Assembly: GCA_038890815.1 (NCBI GenBank) | Contig: JAWAFC010000007.1 | Location: forward strand, 8,370-72,369 | Reading direction: 5' to 3' | Length of the DNA: 64,000 bases | Source of the DNA: Candidatus Micrarchaeia archaeon | GTDB lineage: Archaea; Micrarchaeota; Micrarchaeia; Burarchaeales; JACRGF01 | Shown: positions 22,629 to 31,170 of the stretch, in pieces | Layout of the letters: every line of letters begins with the position of its first letter | Position numbering within the stretch: the first letter of the stretch is position 1 | Notes under the pieces: model-generated | Databases searched by the model: none | Told to the model about the DNA's origin: nothing | What the model saw: the letters and a program-made list of their open reading frames with translations, nothing else | Made by a program: the position numbers and the translations under genes

Positions 22629-23344
22629 CTCCCCACCATCGCGACCGCGTGCGCCAGCAGCCGCTTCACCGCGCCCTCCTTCTCTCTCATCGTCGCCAGA
22701 ACCTCCTCGTGTGAAAGTGGCTTTTTGGCCAGCCCGCACGCCCAATTTGTGGCGATGGCGATTGTGGCAAAGCGGAGGCCCAGCTCGTGCGCGAGGATGG
22801 CCTCGTGCGCGTTGGTCATGTTCACGAGGTTGGCCCCCATCTTCGCCATCGCCCTTATCTCCGCCTTCGTCTCATACCGCGGGCCGAACGTGTTGAAGAT
22901 CACGCCGCCGTCCTTGAGGGGAACGCGCGCCTTCTTCGCCGCTCGCTTGAGGACATCGCAGAGCTCGCTCGAGTAGGGCTCGGTGAAATCCGTGTGCCGC
23001 ATTCCTTCCCGAAAGGAATCAAAAAATGTTTCGAGTATGTGAAAGGCGATGAAGTCGCGCGCGAGGATGATGTCGCCCGGCTTGAAGCGCGAGAGCACGC
23101 CCGCCGCGCACACCGAGAAAATGCTTTGGCAGCCGAGCCTGTGTAGCTCGAAAATGTTCGCCTTATAATTCACTGTGTGTGGCGGATGCTCATGGCGTAG
23201 CCCGTGTCTGGGAATGAAAACGACATCAACGCCGTTCATGCGCCCCCTGACAACCGTCGTCATCCCGTGCGGAGTTTCAACAATATCGGGCCTTCCCTCC
23301 ACAATCCCATACAGGCCCGAGCCGCCTATTATCCCGATGGGCAT
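22625..23344 (-). CDS. mtnP: MTAP / purine nucleoside phosphorylase
   Basis: IGIIGGSG, PRHG, VNYKANI, GPRYETKAE, VNMT. Confidence 0.92.
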   Translation of the reverse strand: MPIGIIGGSGLYGIVEGRPDIVETPHGMTTVVRGRMNGVDVVFIPRHGLRHEHPPHTVNYKANIFELHRLGCQSIFSVCAAGVLSRFKPGDIILARDFIAFHILETFFDSFREGMRHTDFTEPYSSELCDVLKRAAKKARVPLKDGGVIFNTFGPRYETKAEIRAMAKMGANLVNMTNAHEAILAHELGLRFATIAIATNWACGLAKKPLSHEEVLATMREKEGAVKRLLAHAVAMVGR

Positions 23345-23402
23345 GCAGAAGGCTTGACATCCCAGGTATTTAAATACTCCGAGCGCCTAAAACTGATGCC
23401 GG

Positions 23403-24356
23403 ATGCAGCCTGCCTCCAGAACGCCCGCGCAGGCCCGGGCGGAAAAGAAAACCGTTCGCGTCTTCACCCCTCGCTTTTTGAGGGAAGGATTGCTCAGCGC
23501 AAAAGAGGTGGTGGAAGAGCATTTTTGCATTGAGGCTCCGTGCACTGCAAAGTCGCTCATACTTGGGAATTATGATGGCAGGAGTGCCGCGGAGTTGCAG
23601 AAAATCGCAGCCAAGCTTTCCGCGCTCGGAGCCGACATACAGCTGACGCGCAGGAAATGGCCCAGGGATTGTTTCCTCCGCCTCGACGACGCGCTCATCA
23701 TCGCGTTCGAGCCCGGCCTGTGGCAGTGCCTGGCCGCGGCCTTCTCCAAATCGCCCATGCCTATGAGCGCGGGCGAGGGGGGCGCGCTCGTTGCGGGCAG
23801 GGACTTCATTCTGGCAAGCCAGGCCCTCCCGCAGCATGCGCTTGACCAGCTACGTGCATGCTTTGGCAACAAGCGCATCCACGTGATCCCCACGCTCTAC
23901 GGCATGCCACACATCGACTGCTTCATAGGCGTCATTCCATCCCGAGGCGTTCTGCTCGCCGACCCGCAGTATGCAAAAATTCACAGAAGTGTGATAAATT
24001 TCCTGAGAGCGAAAGAAGGGCTCGAGCCCGTTGTCATACCGGAAGAGGAGGCGGGAGCAAACGCTGCCAACTTTCTTCTCGTCGAAAACGGCAGGGAGAC
24101 CGTTCTGCTCAACCACGCCCCGCGCACCGCCGAGGCTCTGGCCAAGCGTGGCGTGGATGTTGTGTTGCTCGGCGCGCCACTGGAGAAACTCAACAAGCCA
24201 TTTGAGCACGGGCTTCGGTGCGCCTCGAACGAAGCGGAAAAAGGACTTCTGGAAATTGTCGTGGCGAGGGCGAAAGAGCTCTTCGGCGAAATCGAAAAAG
24301 ACCCACGATTCAGGCGGCTTTCAGAGCTGGTCTCGGGATTTGTCACGCGGAGTTAG
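23403..24356 (+). CDS. Pentein-fold (amidinotransferase/deiminase-like) enzyme
   Basis: WPRD, GEGG, HID and GLRC in the order of the Asp/His/Cys pentein active site. Confidence 0.7.
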   Translation: MQPASRTPAQARAEKKTVRVFTPRFLREGLLSAKEVVEEHFCIEAPCTAKSLILGNYDGRSAAELQKIAAKLSALGADIQLTRRKWPRDCFLRLDDALIIAFEPGLWQCLAAAFSKSPMPMSAGEGGALVAGRDFILASQALPQHALDQLRACFGNKRIHVIPTLYGMPHIDCFIGVIPSRGVLLADPQYAKIHRSVINFLRAKEGLEPVVIPEEEAGANAANFLLVENGRETVLLNHAPRTAEALAKRGVDVVLLGAPLEKLNKPFEHGLRCASNEAEKGLLEIVVARAKELFGEIEKDPRFRRLSELVSGFVTRS

Positions 24357-24377
24357 ATTTATTATTATTCTTGCTTC

Positions 24378-25076
24378 ATGCATTTGGCAGGTGACCAGGA
24401 AATGCCTCTACCCTTCCTCTCACCCCCGCCCGAGCCCGAGCTTCCGATAACCATCGAGGAAGGGAAATACCTTGTCAGGCTCGCGCGCGATGCCATCCTG
24501 CTCTTCCTGCGCGAGAAGAAAATATTGAAGCCGGAAAACCCGCCAAAGGCAGTGCTCCAGAAGAAGGGGGTTTTTGTCGGACTCGAAAAGGCGGCCAACC
24601 GTGAGCTGCGGGGCCTCATCGGCTATCCCCAACCGCTGAAGGAACTCGCGACCGGCACGGTCGAGTGCGCCATCAGCGCGGCGGTCAGCGACCCCCGTTT
24701 TCCCCCTCTCACGGAAGCCGAGCTGGGGGATGTGACAATCGAGGTGAGCGTGCTGTCAAAGCCCGAGCCGCTACGGGCGCCCTCGTTGGCAGAGCTGCCA
24801 AACGCCATTCAGGTCGGCAGGGATGGGCTTCTCGTCGAGCACGACATTTACTCGAGCCTGCTGCTGCCGCAGGTCGCCGTTGAAAAGGGATGGAACGCAG
24901 AGGAGTTCCTGTGCAATGTGTGCGACAAGGCGGGCCTGCCCAAAGATTGCTGGAAGGAAAAGGAGATCAAGCTCTACCACTTTACCGCGCAGGTATTTCG
25001 GGAGAGCTCGCCCGGCGGCGAGGTCATTCAGCTTGAGTTTCCAAAACGTACGGATCCGATAACAACGGGATTTTAA
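24378..25076 (+). CDS. AMMECR1-domain protein
   Basis: GVFV.L, LRGLIG, DPRFPP, IEVSVLS, LLLPQVA, KAGL, FTAQVF. Confidence 0.93.
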   Translation: MHLAGDQEMPLPFLSPPPEPELPITIEEGKYLVRLARDAILLFLREKKILKPENPPKAVLQKKGVFVGLEKAANRELRGLIGYPQPLKELATGTVECAISAAVSDPRFPPLTEAELGDVTIEVSVLSKPEPLRAPSLAELPNAIQVGRDGLLVEHDIYSSLLLPQVAVEKGWNAEEFLCNVCDKAGLPKDCWKEKEIKLYHFTAQVFRESSPGGEVIQLEFPKRTDPITTGF

Positions 25077-26022
25077 ACTCCTTCACAACTCTACCTTCGT
25101 CATATAATACTATCTTTTCTGTGGTCTTATTATAGAAAAGGACCGGCTTCCAAAGAGACTTTTCAAGAAAAATCAAAATGCTGGCAAAGTTTTCATCTTT
25201 CCATGAAACTCTGAAGGTAGGAGTAATCTTCGTGAGCTCCTTGAATTTCTGGAGAGCCCCTGCTTTTTCTTCGGTAACCACCACAACCATAGCAGGCCGT
25301 AACCTCCCTTTTTCATCATAGCCATATAGGTTTTTGGCGGCCACCACTATTTCAAGGAAAGGAGTGACCACCATTGTGAAATTCGTTGGCGGGCTCTTGT
25401 AGTGGTATATCAGATCCCATTCGCGAGTAGTCATGAAAGGGATGCTCCTCACAAATCTAGCACCTTTTTTCTCTGTATCTTCCGTTACGCAGAAGCTGTC
25501 TTTTATGCGTTTTTTAGACGGGCGCGGATAGTCCACCACAGTTAAACATCTCGCTGACAGCACTGGCACAATGGCATAGAAAAACACTTCGGAAAAATGG
25601 TCGCCCACCATAAGAACTACTTTTTTCAGCTCTTCATCGCAGCCTGCGTAATTTTGACATACACGCGCTGTAACGTAGTCCAAAGATTCTTTTTTCAAAG
25701 CATCAAACAGAAGGGTAATATCTGCACTTTTCCAGAGTGGTTCGGCCTCCGTTGCCCATGAAGAAGCGACATACCCAGATGCGTCTGTGGTTGTAGATTC
25801 AACAGCAGCATATATGGTATCGCGGGCAATTCTATTCTTATTTTTGAGAAAAATATGAGTAGTATACGTTGTGGTTGTTTCCCGATTGGAGAACAACCCA
25901 AAGCAGCTTTCAACTAACGGCAGACCAAACAGAGCAACTCCTGCCCTCACCGCTTTGCGCAAAAACTCGCGTCTGGTTTGGTTTTGCTGAGGAAAAGGCC
26001 GGGCTTGTTTTGCCAGTTGCAT
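25024..26022 (-). CDS. Hypothetical putative Tat-exported lipoprotein
   Basis: TRREFL twin-arginine motif, hydrophobic stretch, then Cys (LVESC); AT-rich. Confidence 0.65.
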   Translation of the reverse strand: MQLAKQARPFPQQNQTRREFLRKAVRAGVALFGLPLVESCFGLFSNRETTTTYTTHIFLKNKNRIARDTIYAAVESTTTDASGYVASSWATEAEPLWKSADITLLFDALKKESLDYVTARVCQNYAGCDEELKKVVLMVGDHFSEVFFYAIVPVLSARCLTVVDYPRPSKKRIKDSFCVTEDTEKKGARFVRSIPFMTTREWDLIYHYKSPPTNFTMVVTPFLEIVVAAKNLYGYDEKGRLRPAMVVVVTEEKAGALQKFKELTKITPTFRVSWKDENFASILIFLEKSLWKPVLFYNKTTEKIVLYDEGRVVKEFKIPLLSDPYVLETQAE

Positions 26023-26074
26023 CGATTATTTTTTTTCTCATCCCTATATTTAAAAATTGTGCTCAAATAGCTAC

Positions 26075-26851
26075 ATGGCAAAGCTGCTCAAGCTTGAGCA
26101 TGGTATCGGCGTGGTGCTCCCTAAAGAAATTCTTGCCGCGCTGGCGGTTGAGGAAGGCGATGAGCTGGAATTCAGCATCGCAAAGCCGGGCATCGTGGTG
26201 TTGACGAAAGCAGAGAGGCCAAAGGAAGAATCGGAGTCTATGCGCGCTCTGCAGCCCCTCTCGCCCGAAGAGCTCGCCCTGCTCAGAAAGCTCGATGCCA
26301 TCCGTTTCGCCGAGCGCGTGCCCGCAGAGGTCAACAAGGGCTTAACCGTTGGCGAGCAAAAAATCCTCGACGGGCTACTCAAAAAGCGTGTTGTGACCAT
26401 CTATAAGGGAGGGCGATATCCGAGAGGGGTCTATAACATTCCCAGGGAATATTATCCGCTTGTAAAGCAGGCAGGGGCCGGGCCAGCCCCACCAGCGCCA
26501 TCCGGCTCCGTGCCTCTCGCCAGCATCGAGCACCTGGAGAAATTCGGCTTCATGGTTGTGCCAAGCGAGGCCGAGGCCAAGAGGATTTCTGAGCAGCTTG
26601 AAAAGAGAATAAAGGCGGGCGAAATCCTCGGCACGCGCAGTTTCGACAGGAAATTCTATGTCGCCACGAGGGAGATGTTTCTGAAAATGGGCAGTGCCAT
26701 CAAGAAAATCCTCAAGAGCGGCGAGCGGAGCGTTGCCGAGATAGCGGAGGCGCTCGGCTGCAGCGAGGAGGCCGCGCGCACAGTTCTCGAGTTGCTGAGC
26801 GAGCAGGGCGATGTGATAGAAAAGAGGCGTGGGGTCTACCGCCTCAGCTAG
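26075..26851 (+). CDS. AbrB/MazE-type N-terminal domain + C-terminal winged-HTH protein
   Basis: GIGVVLPKEILAALAVEEGDELEF; C-terminal SVAEIAEALGCSEEAARTVLELL...GVYRL. Confidence 0.8.
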   Translation: MAKLLKLEHGIGVVLPKEILAALAVEEGDELEFSIAKPGIVVLTKAERPKEESESMRALQPLSPEELALLRKLDAIRFAERVPAEVNKGLTVGEQKILDGLLKKRVVTIYKGGRYPRGVYNIPREYYPLVKQAGAGPAPPAPSGSVPLASIEHLEKFGFMVVPSEAEAKRISEQLEKRIKAGEILGTRSFDRKFYVATREMFLKMGSAIKKILKSGERSVAEIAEALGCSEEAARTVLELLSEQGDVIEKRRGVYRLS

Positions 26852-26859
26852 GTGGCCGA

Positions 26860-28014
26860 ATGCTCGTTGTGAAGGACACTTTGCACGGCGGCATCCGCCT
26901 CTCAGAGGCCGAGACCGCCCTACTCGACTCGGGGCCACTTCAGCGCCTGCGCGGAGTGCGACAGCTGGCCCTTACAGCCCTCGTCTACCCGGGCGCAAAC
27001 CACACGCGCTTCGAGCACTCGCTGGGCACCATGCACCTCGCCGGCAGGCTGTGCGAGCAGCTCGGCCTGCGTTCCGACGCTCCGGCAGTGCGCGCCGCCG
27101 CACTGCTTCACGATGCCGGCCATCCCGCCTTCTCGCACGAGCTCGAGGAACTCGCGGTTCGGTATGCAGGAAAGGGACATGAGGAAATGGGGAGAGAGCA
27201 AATAGTGAAGGGTGAGGTTGCCGAAATTCTGGCAGAAAATGGGCTTTCACCCAAAGAAATCGCCGCCTTGGCGCTCGGCGAAGGCCTTGGCTGCCTGATT
27301 GCGGGCGATCTGGGCAGCGACAGGATGGACTACTTGGCCAGGGATGCCTATTACACGGGCGTGGCCTTCGGGATGGTGGATAGCGACCGCATCATAGAGT
27401 GCACGCTCCTCAGACGGGGAAAGCTCGTGGTGGATGAGGGAGGCCTGGCCGCAGCCGAAGCGCTTCTGGCAGCACGCTTCCTCATGTTCTCGGCAGTCTA
27501 TCTGCACCACACTGTGCGCATCGCCAGCGCCATGCTCTACAAGGCTGCTGAATGCGCGCTCGAGGATGGGGCGGTGAGCGCGAACGAGCTGTGGCTAAAG
27601 GATGCCGAGTTTTTCGCGCTGCTGAAAAATGCGCCCTCCAGCCGCGCCCTCGCGCTCGCGATCGAAGGAAGAAGGCTGTTCAAACGTGCTTTCGAAATTC
27701 ACCCCTCGGCGCTCACGGAAAGCCTCCGAAAGGCGCTGCGGAGCCCGCGCGGGCTCAAGAAAGTTGAAGAAGCGCTCGCGGCGGCCGCCGGGCTGAGCGC
27801 GCGCGATGTCATCATCGACTTTCCGCTTCTGGCTTGGGAAAAGGGCGTCAGCGTGCGCGTGCTGAAGGATGGGAAGGAGAGGCCGCTGGAAGAGCTTTCC
27901 GAGCTCGTCGCCTCATTGAAGAGGGTCGAGGCCAGCAGGGCGAGGATAATCGTGGCCTGCCCAAAAGAGAGCGTTGAAAGGGTGAGGCGCGCGTGCAGGA
28001 GAATGTTTGTGTAG
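26860..28014 (+). CDS. HD-domain phosphohydrolase (dNTPase/SAMHD1-like family)
   Basis: QRLRGVRQL, HTRFEHSLG, LLHDAGHPAFSH, DRMDYLARD, VYLHHT. Confidence 0.93.
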   Translation: MLVVKDTLHGGIRLSEAETALLDSGPLQRLRGVRQLALTALVYPGANHTRFEHSLGTMHLAGRLCEQLGLRSDAPAVRAAALLHDAGHPAFSHELEELAVRYAGKGHEEMGREQIVKGEVAEILAENGLSPKEIAALALGEGLGCLIAGDLGSDRMDYLARDAYYTGVAFGMVDSDRIIECTLLRRGKLVVDEGGLAAAEALLAARFLMFSAVYLHHTVRIASAMLYKAAECALEDGAVSANELWLKDAEFFALLKNAPSSRALALAIEGRRLFKRAFEIHPSALTESLRKALRSPRGLKKVEEALAAAAGLSARDVIIDFPLLAWEKGVSVRVLKDGKERPLEELSELVASLKRVEASRARIIVACPKESVERVRRACRRMFV

Positions 28015-28017
28015 TTG

Positions 28018-28176
28018 CTAGCGCACTATGAGGCTCGCTATCTTGACGAGCGCGATAAAAGCTATGCTCGCCGCAACAACCGCCCTGGGATCGAGCTGCG
28101 GCCCTCCTGTGGCGATGTCGTAGAAGCGCAATATGCCGGCCATGCTTGTTGGGCCGGTTATCTTTTCTTGAGCCAT
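28018..28176 (-). CDS. secG: Preprotein translocase subunit Sec61beta (52 aa; below ORF-track cutoff)
   Basis: Hand translation MAQEKITGPTSMAGILRFYDIATGGPQLDPRAVVAASIAFIALVKIASLIVR: AG.LRFY...DP plus TM signature. Confidence 0.93.
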   Translation of the reverse strand: MAQEKITGPTSMAGILRFYDIATGGPQLDPRAVVAASIAFIALVKIASLIVR

Positions 28177-28199
28177 CATCTCCCATTTCAGCGATTTGT

Positions 28200-28772
28200 T
28201 TAAAATAGCTTTATCTTTTTTTCTAATAGCTTTGCCATTTCGGAGTGCTCAAAAATTATAGCCCAATCGAGCGCCGTTTTCCCATCCCTGTCCTGTGCTT
28301 TGGGATCCGCTCCCTTTTCGAGGAGCAGCTCGGCTATTTTCAGCTGGTTATTCCAAGCAGCAGCCATGAGCGGTGTCCTTCCCATCGCGTCTTGTATTTC
28401 TAAATCCGCTCCGCGCTCAACCAACAGCTCAACCATTTCCCGGTAGCCCTCTACCACAGCGCATACGAGCGGCGTCCATCCGAGCTTATCTTTGGCATTC
28501 GGGTCTGCCCCTTTATCAAGTAACATCCTGGCTATTTCCAACCAATTTTTTGTTGCAGCCCAATGGAGCGGCGTCTTTCCATACGTGTCCCGCGCATTCA
28601 CGTTCACTCCTTGTTCGAGGCGCCTGCGCACTCCCTCAACATCGCCTTCCTTGCAAAGCCTGTGCAGCGATATGCGCTTAAAGATCTGCTCGGCCTTTGG
28701 TGGCTTGAAGAACACGTTTCGTTTTTGTAAAGGCTGGTCGGCAACGCGCTGTTTCTCCATTGCCTTTCTCAT
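28200..28772 (-). CDS. Ankyrin-repeat protein
   Basis: About 4-5 repeats of G.TPLH.A...LL.KGADPNA.D; AT-richer than neighbours. Confidence 0.95.
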   Translation of the reverse strand: MRKAMEKQRVADQPLQKRNVFFKPPKAEQIFKRISLHRLCKEGDVEGVRRRLEQGVNVNARDTYGKTPLHWAATKNWLEIARMLLDKGADPNAKDKLGWTPLVCAVVEGYREMVELLVERGADLEIQDAMGRTPLMAAAWNNQLKIAELLLEKGADPKAQDRDGKTALDWAIIFEHSEMAKLLEKKIKLF

Positions 28773-28776
28773 TTAT

Positions 28777-31161
28777 TCAGCCCGCTTCGCGCCTGCGTTT
28801 TCTGAGCCTCTCGAGCCTTTCCTCGAGCTCGCGCGTGAGGCTCTCAAGGTCCTCTTCTTCCCCGCCCGCTGGCCGCTCCTCCTCTTTCTCTTCGGACACG
28901 GGCGCCTCCTCTTCCTTCCTGGCCTCAAACGTCAGGCTGGCGAGGTCCTTTTCGGTCACCCCCTCGCTCGTCTCGGCGATGATGGCTCCCTCGCCTTCGC
29001 CGTAGTCAGGCGGCTGCGCTCCCTTCGCCCTCTGGGCCTGTTCGCTTCTCTTTATGCCATAGAGCACCATGTACACGACAATCAGCAGTAGCGCGGCGAA
29101 CAGCACCGTGCCCACCACTATCCACATGGGCAGGCTCGTGCTCATGGCATTCACGAGGCTGTTCGCGCTGCTTCTGAGCGCATTGAGCAGTGCAGTGGCG
29201 AAGTCAGCCGGAGGAGTGACGACCGTGACGTTGGAGACGTTCTCGACCGGCGCGGGCGGGCTCACATTGATTGGTGGCGCGGGCGGGCTCACCGTGATGG
29301 CTCTCGTGGTCACATTGCTTTTGAGGTTGTAGTCCGGTGTTGCGAACGAGTAGATTCCCTCGCGGAGGGCCGTGAATGAAGCCATGCCGCTCGCGTTGGT
29401 CAGCAGGGTGAAGCTCGGGTCGATGGGTGGCATGACCACGATGCGCGCGCCCGCAATGGGCCGCCCGTCGAGAGTCAGGAGCGTAAGCACGACTTCCTCG
29501 CCTTTCTCCACCACCTGTGGGGCGAGCAGCTGCACCGTCTCCTTCGGCGGCGTGATGTTGGCCGCGGGCGGGGTCACCGAGACATTCTCCTCGCCGGTCG
29601 GGCCGCCGATCTCAGGCACTTTGCATATGAAGTTGATACACTGGCCGTAGAAGCAGTCATCGCTCGTCCTGCACGGCTGGCCCAGATAGGATTTGTTTTG
29701 GCTCTCGCCACCGCTGCCTCCACCGCCTCCGCCAGCTCCCCCACCGCCCGCCTGCTGCGCCTGCACCGTAACGCTGGCAGTCCCGTTTATCGAAGTGTTG
29801 GTCTTATAGCGCGCCATGACCGTGCCACTGCCGACCGTTGTGGCCGTGAACACTCCACCCGCATCAATCGTTCCCACGCCTCCGCTCACGCTCCACTCGA
29901 GCTCGGCATCACTGATGGTCCCGAGCGAGTTGTCATAGTAATCAAGCCCGCTCGCCGTGAAATGCTGCGTGTAGCCGACGGTCACTGTGGCCGAGGCCGG
30001 GCTGACCGCAAGCCTGTACAGCGGGCCTGGCGTGACTGTCACGCTCGAGGAGTTGCTGACATTCTGATAGGTAGCCACCACACTGCCGCTACCTGCCCTC
30101 GTGGCCGTGAACACTCCGCTTGCATTAATTGTGCCGATGCCGCCCGTCACGCTCCAGTTTGCCAGGCTGGTCACATCCTGCGAGCTCGTGTCGCTGTAGT
30201 AGGCGGTCGCGGTGAATGCCTGCTGAGCGCCTGCCGCGAGGCTCGCGCTCGCGGGCGTGACAACGAGGTAGGAGAGCGTGGCGCTCGGCGGAATTGGGTT
30301 GATGACGAAATCGACTTGCGCGCTGACGCCAACGTTCGTCACCGTCTGGCTCGTGTAGTTCGTTTTCGTGGCAGTGACGTTGTATATGCCGGGCTCGAGC
30401 GAAATGCTGTAGGCGCCCGTAACCGCGTCGCTGACTGCGCTTCCACGCACCACCGCGCCCTGCAGCGCTTGAACGATCGCCCCTCCGACCGGCGCGCCCG
30501 TGCCGTTCCTCACCGTGCCGTAAATGCTTCCATTCGTCGGAGAGCCGAACAGCGTGAGGTTCAGGTAATTCGTCTGGCCGAATTGAACTGCCACCGTTGT
30601 GTTGGCGGGGAGGTAGTTTGCGGGCGGGATCACCCGCACCTCATAGGCAGGCAGGGTGAGCCCGCTGATGGAGTAGAAGCCATTTCCGTCCGTTGCATCG
30701 CTCGCCTTAAACTCCCCATTATAGTAGAGCGCCACCGAGGCGCCTGGTATTCCCTGCCCGCTCGTGTTGAATATGTATCCCTCCAGCGTTGCGGGATTCA
30801 CCGGCCTGAGCGTGAAATTGTAATAAGCTGGGTTGAAGTAAATATCGGTCCTGCTGGGATTGCTGTTGTTCACGAATGTCGTGCCAGGTGGTCCATTCAG
30901 CTCCCTCACGAGCTCGTAGTAGCCGGGCGCATAGATGGACAGGTTGTAGTTCCCATCCGGTAGCCCGCTGACGTTGAAGAACCCATTGGCATCGGTGAGT
31001 GTGCTGTTTATCTCAGCACCACCAGGCAGGAGGAACGCCCTGACGGTTGCGCCGCTAACGTAAGCCGTGCCGTTGCTCACATGACCGGCTATGCTGCCTG
31101 CCCAGACAAAGCTGGCGAAAACGGCCAGCACGCCGATGACCGCAAACAATCTCGCTTTCAT
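28777..31161 (-). CDS. Surface glycoprotein (794 aa): carboxypeptidase-regulatory-like and Ig-like domains, C-terminal TM
   Basis: Signal peptide, TD.NGFY/GxY repeats, many N-x-S/T sequons, Gly linker, Cys-rich module, TM, acidic tail. Confidence 0.85.
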   Translation of the reverse strand: MKARLFAVIGVLAVFASFVWAGSIAGHVSNGTAYVSGATVRAFLLPGGAEINSTLTDANGFFNVSGLPDGNYNLSIYAPGYYELVRELNGPPGTTFVNNSNPSRTDIYFNPAYYNFTLRPVNPATLEGYIFNTSGQGIPGASVALYYNGEFKASDATDGNGFYSISGLTLPAYEVRVIPPANYLPANTTVAVQFGQTNYLNLTLFGSPTNGSIYGTVRNGTGAPVGGAIVQALQGAVVRGSAVSDAVTGAYSISLEPGIYNVTATKTNYTSQTVTNVGVSAQVDFVINPIPPSATLSYLVVTPASASLAAGAQQAFTATAYYSDTSSQDVTSLANWSVTGGIGTINASGVFTATRAGSGSVVATYQNVSNSSSVTVTPGPLYRLAVSPASATVTVGYTQHFTASGLDYYDNSLGTISDAELEWSVSGGVGTIDAGGVFTATTVGSGTVMARYKTNTSINGTASVTVQAQQAGGGGAGGGGGGSGGESQNKSYLGQPCRTSDDCFYGQCINFICKVPEIGGPTGEENVSVTPPAANITPPKETVQLLAPQVVEKGEEVVLTLLTLDGRPIAGARIVVMPPIDPSFTLLTNASGMASFTALREGIYSFATPDYNLKSNVTTRAITVSPPAPPINVSPPAPVENVSNVTVVTPPADFATALLNALRSSANSLVNAMSTSLPMWIVVGTVLFAALLLIVVYMVLYGIKRSEQAQRAKGAQPPDYGEGEGAIIAETSEGVTEKDLASLTFEARKEEEAPVSEEKEEERPAGGEEEDLESLTRELEERLERLRKRRREAG

Positions 31162-31170
31162 TTTTCTCCC

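Noticed and set aside
28015-28203. + strand 62-aa ORF
   Set aside because: Shadow of the minus-strand Sec61beta gene at 28018-28176.
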